NCBI GenBank assembly: GCA_043228905.1
Contig: JBHGNT010000037.1
Location: forward strand, 207,382 to 271,381
Length of the DNA: 64,000 nucleotides
Source of the DNA: Azolla caroliniana
Lineage: Eukaryota; Plantae; Polypodiophyta
Direction of reading: 5' to 3'
A program made the position numbers and the translations under genes. This document shows, piece after piece, positions 53,401-64,000 of this stretch. Positions within the stretch are counted from its first letter, which is position 1; each line of letters starts with the position of its first letter. The notes beneath the pieces were generated by a model. The model did not search any database. It was not told the DNA's origin and was given only the letters and a program-made list of their open reading frames with translations.

Positions 53401-56400
53401 GAGTAAATTAAAATGGTCATACCTGGCTCGTGTGATATCGGATTTCTGTGTTCAAACATGCGAATCGAAACTAACAAGGCTAGCTATGATATAGAATTAA
53501 AAAATCGAGATTTTGAAACTCAGGTCAAGAGACATGAGGAAATTAGCATATTTGAGGAGGGAGTTGAGAAGAGCCAGTGAGTAAATTAAAATGGTCATAC
53601 CTGGCTCGTGTGATATCGGATTTCTGTGTTCAAACATGCGAATCGAAGCTAACAAGGCTAGCTATGATATAGAATTAAAAAATCGAGATTTTGAAACTCA
53701 GGTCGAGAGACATGAAGAAATTAGCATATTTTAGGAGGGAGTTGAGAAGAGCCAGTGAGTAAATTAAAATGGTCATACCTGGCTCGTGTGATATCGGATT
53801 TCTGTGTTCAAACATGTAAATCGAAGCTAACAAGGCTAGCTATGATATAGAATTAAAAAATCAAGATTTTGAAACTCAGGTCGAGAGACATGAAGAAATT
53901 AGCATATTTGAGGAGGGAGTTGAGAAGAGCGTGTGAGTAAATTAAAATGGTCATACCTGGCTCGTGTGATATCGGATTTCTGTGTTCAAACATGCGAATC
54001 GAAACTAACAAGGCTAGCTATGATATAGAATTAAAAAATCGAGATTTTGAAACTCAGGTCGAGAGACATGAGGAAATTAGCATGCTGGAGGAGGGAGTTG
54101 AGAAGAGTCAGTGAGTAAATTAAAATGGTCATACCTGGCTCGTGTGATATCGGATTTCTGTGTTCAAACATGCAAATCGAAGCTAACAAGGCTAGCTATG
54201 ATATAGAATTAAAAAATCGAGATTTTGAAACTCAGGTCGAGAGACATGAGGAAATTAGCATATTTGAGGAGGGAGTTGAGAAGAGCCGGTGAGTAAATTA
54301 AAATGGTCATACCTGGCTCGTGTGATATCGGATTTCTGTGTTCAAACATGCAAATCGAAGCTAACAAGGCTAGCTATGATATAGAATTAAAAAATCGAGA
54401 TTTTGAAACTCAGGTCGAGAGACATGAGGAAATTAGCATATTTGAGGAGGGAGTTGAGAAGAGCCCGTGAGTAAATTAAAATGGTCATACCTGGCTCGTG
54501 TGATATCGGATTTCTGTGTTCAAACATGCAAATCGAAGCTCACAAGGCTAGCTATGATATAGAATTAAAAAATCGAGATTTTGAAACTCAGGTCGAGAGA
54601 CATGAGGAAATTAGCATGTTGGAGGAGGGAGTTGAGAAGAGCGAGTGAGTAAATTAAAATGGTCATACCTGGCTCGTGTGATATCGGATTTCTGTGTTCA
54701 AACATGCGAATTGAAACTAAGAACGCTAGCTATGATATAGAATTAAAAAATCGAGATTTTGAAACTCAGGTCGAGAGACATGAGGAAATTAGCATATTTG
54801 AGGAGGGAGTTCAGGAGAGCCAGTGAGTAAATTAAAATGGTCATACCTAGCTCGTGTGATATCGGATTTCTGTGTTCAAACATGCAAATCGAAACTAACA
54901 AGGCTAGCTATGATATAGACTTAAAAAATCGTGATTTTGAAACTCAGGTCGAGAGACATGAGGAAATTAGCATGCTGGAGGAGGGAGTTGAGAAGAGCGA
55001 GGGAGTAAATTAAAATGGTCATACCTAGCTCGTGTGATATCGGATTTCTGTGTTCAAACATGCGAATTGAAACTAAGAACGCTAGGTATGATATAGAATT
55101 AAAAAATCGAGATTTTGAAACTCAGATCGAGAGACATGCGGAAATTAGCATATTTGAGGAGGGAGTTGAGAAGAGCGAGTGAGTAAATTAAAATGGTCAT
55201 ACCTGGCTCGTGTGATATCGGATTTCTGTGTTCAAACATGCGAATCGAAGCTAACAAGGCTAGCTATGATATAGAATTAAAAAATCGTGATTTTGAAACT
55301 CAGGTCGAGAGACATGAGGAAATTAACATATTTGAGGAGGGAGTTGAGAAGAGCGAGTGAGTAAATTAAAATGGTCATACCTGGCTCGTGTGATATTGGA
55401 TTTCTGTGTTCAAACATGCGAATCGAAGTTAACAAGGCTAGCTATGATATAGAATTAAAAAATCAAGATTTTGAAACTGACGTCGAAAGACATGAGGAAA
55501 TTAGCATATTTGAAGAGGGAGTTGAGAAGAGCGAGTGAGTAAATTAAAATGGTCATACCTGGCTCGTGTGATATCGGATTTCTGTGTTCAAACATGCGAA
55601 TTGAAACTAACAAGGCTAGCTATGATATAGAATTAAAAAATCGTGATTTTGAAACTCAGGTCGAGAGATATGAGGAAATTAGCATATTTGAGGAGGGAGT
55701 TGAGAAGAGCCAGTGAGTAAATTAAAATGGTCATACCTGGCTCGTGTGATATCGGATTTCTGTGTTCAAACATGTAAATCGAAGCTAACAAGGCTAGCTA
55801 TGATATAGAATTAAAAAATCGAGATTTTGAAACTCAGGTCGAGAGACATGAAGAAATTAGCATATTTGAGGAGGGAGTTGAGAAGAGCGTGTGAGTAAAT
55901 TAAAATGGTCATACCTGGCTCGTGTGATATCGGATTTCTGTGTTCAAACATGCGAATCGAAACTAACAAGGCTAGCTATGATATAGAATTAAAAAATCGA
56001 GATTTTGAAACTCAGGTCGAGAGACATGAGGAAATTAGCATGCTGGAGGAGGGAGTTGAGAAGAGTCAGTGAGTAAATTAAAATGGTCATACCTGGCTCG
56101 TGTGATATCGGATTTCTGTGTTCAAACATGCAAATCGAAGCTAACAAGGCTAGCTATGATATAGAATTAAAAAATCGAGATTTTGAAACTCAGGTCGAGA
56201 GACATGAGGAAATTAGCATATTTGAGGAGGGAGTTGAGAAGAGCCCGTGAGTAAATTAAAATGGTCATACCTGGCTCGTGTGATATCGGATTTCTGTGTT
56301 CAAACATGCAAATCGAAGCTCACAAGGCTAGCTATGATATAGACTTAAAAAATCGTGATTTCGAAACTCAGGTCGAGAGACATGAGGAAATTAGCATGCT

Positions 56401-57499
56401 GGAGGAGGGAGTTGAGAAGAGCGAGTGAGTAAATTAAAATGGTCATACCTGGCTCGTGTGATATCGGATTTCTGTGTTCAAACATGCGAATCGAAACTAA
56501 CAAGGCTAGCTATGATATAGAAATAAAAAATCGTGATTTTGAAACTCAGGTCGAGAGACATGAGGAAATTAGCATATTTGAGGAGGGAGTTGAGAAGAGC
56601 CAGTGAGTAAATTAAAATGGTCATACCTGGCTCGTGTGATATCGGATTTCAGTGTTCAAACATGCAAATCGAAGCTAACAAGGCTAGCTATGATATAGAA
56701 TTAAAATATCGAGATTTTGAAACTCAGGTCGAGAGACATGAGGAAATTAGCATATTTGAGGAGGGAGTTGAGAAGAGCGAGTGAGTAAATTAAAATGGTC
56801 ATACCTGGCTCGTGTGATATCGGATTTCTGTGTTCAAACATGCGAATCGAAACTAACAAGGCTAGCTATGATATAGAATTAAAAAATCGAGATTTTGAAA
56901 CTCAGGTCGAGAGACATGAAGAAATTAGCATATTTGAGGAGGGAGTTGAGAAGAGCGAGTGAGTAAATTAAAATGGTCATACCTGGCTCGTGTGATATCG
57001 GATTTCTGTGTTCAAACATGCGAATCGAAACTAACAAGGCTAGCTATGAAATAGAATTAAAAAATCGAGATTTTGAAACTCAGGTCGAGAGACATGTAGA
57101 AATTAGCATATTTGAGGAGGGAGTTGAGAAGAGCGAGTGAGTAAATTAAAATGGTCATACCTGGCTCGTGTGATATCGGATTTCTCTGTTCAAACATGCG
57201 AATCGAAACTAACAAGGCTAGCTATGATATAGAATTAAAATATCGAGATTTTGAAACTCAGGTCGAGAGACATGAAGAAATTAGCATATTTGAGGAGGGA
57301 GTTGAGAAGAGCGTGTGAGTAAATTAAAATGGTCATACCTGGCTCGTGTGATATCGGATTTCTGTGTTCAAACATGCGAATCGAAACTAACAAGGCTAGC
57401 TATGATATAGAATTAAAAAATCGAGATTTTGAAACTCAGGTCAAGAGACATGAGGAAATTAGCATATTTGAGGAGGGAGTTGAGAAGAGCCAGTGAGTA

Positions 57500-60400
57500 A
57501 ATTAAAATGGTCATACCTGGCTCGTGTGATATCGGATTTCTGTGTTCAAACATGCGAATCGAAGCTAACAAGGCTAGCTATGATATAGAATTAAAAAATC
57601 GAGATTTTGAAACTCAGGTCGAGAGACATGAAGAAATTAGCATATTTGAGGAGGGAGTTGAGAAGAGCCAGTGAGTAAATTAAAATGGTCATACCTGGCT
57701 CGTGTGATATCGGATTTCTGTGTTCAAACATGCAAATCGAAACTAACAAGGCTAGCTATGATATAGAATTAAAAAATCGAGATTTTGAAACTCAGGTCGA
57801 GAGATATGAGGAAATTAGCATATTTGAGGAGGGAGTTGAGAAGAGCCAGTGAGTAAATTAAAATGGTCATACCTGGCTCGTGTGATATCGGATTTCTGTG
57901 TTCAAACATGTAAATCGAAGCTAACAAGGCTAGCTATGATATAGAATTAAAAAATCGAGATTTTGAAACTCAGGTCGAGAGACATGAAGAAATTAGCATA
58001 TTTGAGGAGGGAGTTGAGAAGAGCGTGTGAGTAAATTAAAATGGTCATACCTGGCTCGTGTGATATCGGATTTCTGTGTTCAAACATGCGAATCGAAACT
58101 AACAAGGCTAGCTATGATATAGAATTAAAAAATCGAGATTTTGAAACTCAGGTCCAGAGACATGAGGAAATTAGCATATTTGAGGAGGGAGTTGAGAAGA
58201 GCCAGTGAGTAAATTAAAATGGTCATACCTGGCTCGTGTGATATCGGATTTCTGTGTTCAAACATGCGAATCGAAGCTAACAAGGCTAGCTATGATATAG
58301 AATTAAAAAATCGAGATTTTGAAACTCAGGTCGAGAGACATGAAGAAATTAGCATATTTGAGGAGGGAGTTGAGAAGAGCTAGTGAGTAAATTAAAATGG
58401 TCATACCTGGCTCGTGTGATATCGGATTTCTGTGTTCAAACATGTAAATCGAAGCTAACAAGGCTAGCTATGATATAGAATTAAAAAATCGAGATTTTGA
58501 AACTCAGGTCGAGAGACATGAAGAAATTAGCATATTTGAGGAGGGAGTTGAGAAGAGCGTGTGAGTAAATTAAAATGGTCATACCTGGCTCGTGTGATAT
58601 CGGATTTCTGTGTTCAAACATGCGAATCGAAACTAACAAGGCTAGCTATGATATAGAATTAAAAAATCGAGATTTTGAAACTCAGGTCGAGAGACATGAG
58701 GAAATTAGCATGCTGGAGGAGGGAGTTGAGAAGAGTCAGTGAGTAAATTAAAATGGTCATACCTGGCTCGTGTGATATCGGATTTCTGTGTTCAAACATG
58801 CAAATCGAAGCTAACAAGGCTAGCTATGATATAGAATTAAAAAATCGAGATTTTGAAACTCAGGTCGAGAGACATGAGGAAATTAGCATATTTGAGGAGG
58901 GAGTTGAGAAGAGCCGGTGAGTAAATTAAAATGGTCATACCTGGCTCGTGTGATATCGGATTTCTGTGTTCAAACATGCAAATCGAAGCTAACAAGGCTA
59001 GCTATGATATAGAATTAAAAAATCGAGATTTTGAAACTCAGGTCGAGAGACATGAGGAAATTAGCATATTTGAGGAGGGAGTTGAGAAGAGCCCGTGAGT
59101 AAATTAAAATGGTCATACCTGGCTCGTGTGATATCGGATTTCTGTGTTGAAACATGCAAATCGAAGCTCACAAGGCTAGCTATGATATAGACTTAAAAAA
59201 TCGTGATTTTGAAACTCAGGTCGAGAGACATGAGGAAATTAGCATATTTGAGGAGGGAGTTGAGAAGAGCCAGTGAGTAAATTAAAATGGTCATACCTGG
59301 CTCGTGTGATATCGGATTTCTGTGTTCAAACATGCGAATCGAAACTAACAAGGCTAGCTATGATATAGAATTAAAAAATCGAGATTTTGAAACTCAGGTC
59401 GAGAGACATGAAGAAATTAGCATATTTGAGGAGGGAGTTGAGAAGAGCGTGTGAGTAAATTAAAATGGTCATACCTGGCTCGTGTGATATCGGATTTCTG
59501 TGTTCAAACATGCGAATCGAAACTAACAAGGCTAGCTATGATATAGACTTAAAAAATCGTGATTTCGAAACTGACGTCGAAAGACATGAGGAAATTAGCA
59601 TGCTGGAGGAGGGAGTTGAGAAGAGCGAGTGAGTAAATTAAAATGGTCATACCTGGCTCGTGTGATATCGGATTTCTGTGTTCAAACATGCGAATCGAAA
59701 CTAACAAGGCTAGCTATGATATAGAATTAAAAAATCGTGATTTTGAAACTCAGGTCGAGAGACATGAGGAAATTAGCATATTTGAGGAGGGAGTTGAGAA
59801 GAGCCCGTGAGTAAATTAAAATGGTCATACCTGGCTCGTGTGATATCGGATTTCAGTGTTCAAACATGCAAATCGAAGCTAACAAGGCTAGCTATGATAT
59901 AGAATTAAAAAATCGAGATTTTGAAACTCAGGTCAAGAGACATGAGGAAATTAGCATATTTGAGGAGGGAGTTGAGAAGAGCCAGTGAGTAAATTAAAAT
60001 GGTCATACCTGGCTCGTGTGATATCGGATTTCTGTGTTCAAACATGCGAATCGAAGCTAACAAGGCTAGCTATGATATAGAATTAAAAAATCGAGATTTT
60101 GAAACTCAGGTCGAGAGACATGAGGAAATTAGCATATTTGAGGAGGGAGTTGAGAAGAGCGTGTGAGTAAATTAAAATGGTCATACCTGGCTCGTGTGAT
60201 ATCGGATTTCTGTGTTCAAACATGCGAATCGAAACTAACAAGGCTAGCTATGATATAGACTTAAAAAATCGTGATTTCGAAACTGACGTCGAGAGACATG
60301 AGGAAATTAGCATGCTGGAGGAGGGAGTTGAGAAGAGCGACTGAGTAAATTAAAATGGTCATACCTGGCTCGTGTGATATCGGATTTCTGTGTTCAAACA

Positions 60401-62400
60401 TGCGAATCGAAACTAACAAGGCTAGCTATGATATAGAATTAAAAAATAGTGATTTTGAAACTCAGGTCGAGAGACATGAGGAAATTAGCATATTTGAGGA
60501 GGGAGTTGAGAAGAGCGAGTGAGTAAATTAAAATGGTCATACCTGGCTCGTGTGATATCGGATTTCTGTGTTCAAACATGCGAATCGAAGCTAACAAGGC
60601 TAGCTATGATATAGAATTAAAAAATCGAGATTTTGAAACTCAGGTCGAGAGACATGAAGAAATTAGCATATTTGAGGAGGGAGTTGAGAAGAGCCAGTGA
60701 GTAAATTAAAATGGTCATACCTGGCTCGTGTGATATCGGATTTCTGTGTTCAAACATGCGAATCGAAGCTAACAAGGCTAGCTATGATATAGAATTAAAA
60801 AATCGAGATTTTGAAACTCAGGTCGAGAGACATGAAGAAATTAGCATATTTGAGGAGGGAGTTGAGAAGAGCCAGTGAGTAAATTAAAATGGTCATACCT
60901 GGCTCGTGTGATATCGGATTTCTGTGTTCAAACATGCAAATCGAAACTAACAAGGCTAGCTATGATATAGAATTAAAAAATCGAGATTTTGAAACTCAGG
61001 TCGAGAGATATGAGGAAATTAGCATATTTGAGGAGGGAGTTGAGAAGAGCCAGTGAGTAAATTAAAATGGTCATACCTGGCTCGTGTGATATCGGATTTC
61101 TGTGTTCAAACATGTAAATCGAAGCTAACAAGGCTAGCTATGATATAGAATTAAAAAATCGAGATTTTGAAACTCAGGTCGAGAGACATGAAGAAATTAG
61201 CATATTTGAGGAGGGAGTTGAGAAGAGCGTGTGAGTAAATTAAAATGGTCATACCTGGCTCGTGTGATATCGGATTTCTGTGTTCAAACATGCGAATCGA
61301 AACTAACAAGGCTAGCTATGATATAGAATTAAAAAATCGAGATTTTGAAACTCAGGTCAAGAGACATGAGGAAATTAGCATATTTGAGGAGGGAGTTGAG
61401 AAGAGCCAGTGAGTAAATTAAAATGGTCATACCTGGCTCGTGTGATATCGGATTTCTGTGTTCAAACATGCGAATCGAAGCTAACAAGGCTAGCTATGAT
61501 ATAGAATTAAAAAATCGAGATTTTGAAACTCAGGTCGAGAGACATGAAGAAATTAGCATATTTGAGGAGGGAGTTGAGAAGAGCTAGTGAGTAAATTAAA
61601 ATGGTCATACCTGGCTCGTGTGATATCGGATTTCTGTGTTCAAACATGTAAATCGAAGCTAACAAGGCTAGCTATGATATAGAATTAAAAAATCGAGATT
61701 TTGAAACTCAGGTCGAGAGACATGAAGAAATTAGCATATTTGAGGAGGGAGTTGAGAAGAGCGTGTGAGTAAATTAAAATGGTCATACCTGGCTCGTGTG
61801 ATATCGGATTTCTGTGTTCAAACATGCGAATCGAAACTAACAAGGCTAGCTATGATATAGAATTAAAAAATCGAGATTTTGAAACTCAGGTCGAGAGACA
61901 TGAGGAAATTAGCATGCTGGAGGAGGGAGTTGAGAAGAGTCAGTGAGTAAATTAAAATGGTCATACCTGGCTCGTGTGATATCGGATTTCTGTGTTCAAA
62001 CATGCAAATCGAAGCTAACAAGGCTAGCTATGATATAGAATTAAAAAATCGAGATTTTGAAACTCAGGTCGAGAGACATGAGGAAATTAGCATATTTGAG
62101 GAGGGAGTTGAGAAGAGCCGGTGAGTAAATTAAAATGGTCATACCTGGCTCGTGTGATATCGGATTTCTGTGTTCAAACATGCAAATCGAAGCTAACAAG
62201 GCTAGCTATGATATAGAATTAAAAAATCGAGATTTTGAAACTCAGGTCGAGAGACATGAGGAAATTAGCATATTTGAGGAGGGAGTTGAGAAGAGCCCGT
62301 GAGTAAATTAAAATGGTCATACCTGGCTCGTGTGATATCGGATTTCTGTGTTCAAACATGCAAATCGAAGCTCACAAGGCTAGCTATGATATAGACTTAA
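57500..62400. repeat. Block duplication with 18-monomer offset (about 57.5-59.2 kb matches about 60.7-62.4 kb)
   Basis: GAGCTAGTG 58377/61581 and GAGCCGGTG 58911/62115, offset 3204. Boundaries are approximate. Confidence 0.8.
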
Positions 62401-64000
62401 AAAATCGTGATTTCGAAACTGACGTCGAAAGACATGAGGAAATTAGCATGCTGGAGGAGGGAGTTGAGAAGAGCGAGTGAGTAAATTAAAATGGTCATAC
62501 CTGGCTCGTGTGATATCGGATTTCTGTGTTCAAACATGCGAATCGAAGCTAACAAGGCTAGCTATGATATAGAATTAAAAAATCGTGATTTTGAAACTCA
62601 GGTCGAGAGACATGAGGAAATTAGCATATTTGAGGAGGGAGTTGAGAAGAGCCATTGAGTAAATTAAAATGGTCATACCTGGCTCGTGTGATATCGGATT
62701 TCTGTGTTCAAACATGTAAATCGAAGCTAACAAGGCTAGCTATGATATAGAATTAAAAAATCGAGATTTTGAAACTCAGGTCGAGAGACATGAAGAAATT
62801 AGCATATTTGAGGAGGGAGTTGAGAAGAGCGTGTGAGTAAATTAAAATGGTCATACCTGGCTCGTGTGATATCGGATTTCTGTGTTCAAACATGCGAATC
62901 GAAACTAACAAGGCTAGCTATGATATAGAATTAAAAAATCGAGATTTTGAAACTCAGGTCAAGAGACATGAGGAAATTAGCATATTTGAGGAGGGAGTTG
63001 AGAAGAGCCAGTGAGTAAATTAAAATGGTCATACCTGGCTCGTGTGATATCGGATTTCTGTGTTCAAACATGCGAATCGAAGCTAACAAGGCTAGCTATG
63101 ATATAGAATTAAAAAATCGAGATTTTGAAACTCAGGTCGAGAGACATGAAGAAATTAGCATATTTGAGGAGGGAGTTGAGAAGAGCGTGTGAGTAAATTA
63201 AAATGGTCATACCTGGCTCGTGTGATATCGGATTTCTGTGTTCAAACATGCGAATCGAAACTAACAAGGCTAGCTATGATATAGACTTAAAAAATCGTGA
63301 TTTCGAAACTGACGTCGAAAGACATGAGGAAATTAGCATGCTGGAGGAGGGAGTTGAGAAGAGCGAGTGAGTAAATTAAAATGGTCATACCTGGCTCGTG
63401 TGATATCGGATTTCTGTGTTCAAACATGCGAATCGAAACTAACAAGGCTAGCTATGATATAGAATTAAAAAATCGAGATTTTGAAACTCAGGTCGAGAGA
63501 CATGAAGAAATTAGCATATTTGAGGAGGGAGTTGAGAAGAGCGAGTGAGTAAATTAAAATGGTCATACCTGGCTCGTGTGATATCGGATTTCTGTGTTCA
63601 AACATGCGAATCGAAACTAACAAGGCTAGCTATGAAATAGAATTAAAAAATCGAGATTTTGAAACTCAGGTCGAGAGACATGAAGAAATTAGCATATTTG
63701 AGGAGGGAGTTGAGAAGAGCGAGTGAGTAAATTAAAATGGTCATACCTGGCTCGTGTGATATCGGATTTCTCTGTTCAAACATGCGAATCGAAACTAACA
63801 AGGCTAGCTATGATATAGAATTAAAAAATCGAGATTTTGAAACTCAGGTCGAGAGACATGAGGAAATTAGCATATTTGAGGAGGGAGTTGAGAAGAGCCC
63901 GTGAGTAAATTAAAATGGTCATACCTGGCTCGTGTGATATCGGATTTCTGTGTTCAAACATGCAAATCGAAGCTCACAAGGCTAGCTATGATATAGACTT

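Larger units (their letters stand above)
1..64000. repeat. 178-bp satellite DNA tandem array, about 360 head-to-tail monomers, extending beyond both window edges; probable centromeric/pericentromeric satellite
   Basis: Monomer start AA(G/C)GCTAGCT recurs at 1, 179 ... 63978, and 63977 = 360x178 - 5 - 98. All copies are in the same orientation with no foreign sequence. The centromeric role is inferred only from monomer size and homogeneity. Confidence 0.98.

Noticed and set aside
1-64000. CRISPR-like or other repeat-spacer array
   Set aside because: There are no unique spacers. The whole 178-bp unit is repeated with only point variation, and no cas or other genes are present.
1-64000. Retrotransposon insertion or strand inversion within the array
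   Set aside because: Length accounting (360x178-103) leaves no room for inserted sequence, and all monomers read in the same orientation.

Overview
The whole 64-kb window is one uninterrupted, same-orientation tandem array of a 178-bp satellite monomer. Consensus: AAGGCTAGCTATGATATAGAATTAAAAAATCGAGATTTTGAAACTCAGGTCGAGAGACATGAGGAAATTAGCATATTTGAGGAGGGAGTTGAGAAGAGCCAGTGAGTAAATTAAAATGGTCATACCTGGCTCGTGTGATATCGGATTTCTGTGTTCAAACATGCGAATCGAAGCTAAC (hand count about 39% GC, G about twice C on the + strand). Monomer starts at 1 and 63978 span exactly 360 units once five 1-bp deletions (about 516, 4787, 10304, 22920, 25730) and one 98-bp deletion (21813/21814) are counted: 360x178-103=63977. I saw no genes, RNA genes, transposon insertions or inversions, and the listed ORFs are chance read-throughs of the repeat. 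Size and homogeneity suggest a eukaryotic, plausibly plant, centromeric or pericentromeric satellite, but I do not recognise the family. The main interest is internal structure. There are nested block duplications of varying period (2, 3, 5, 8, 10, 12, 14, 18, 19, 23, 24, 26, 28, 31, 37, 45 and 51 monomers) rather than one fixed higher-order repeat (HOR). There are also spatially restricted monomer subfamilies, a divergent 3-monomer island, an in-register replaced segment and a single truncated monomer. All comparisons were made by eye from diagnostic variants, not by computed alignment.
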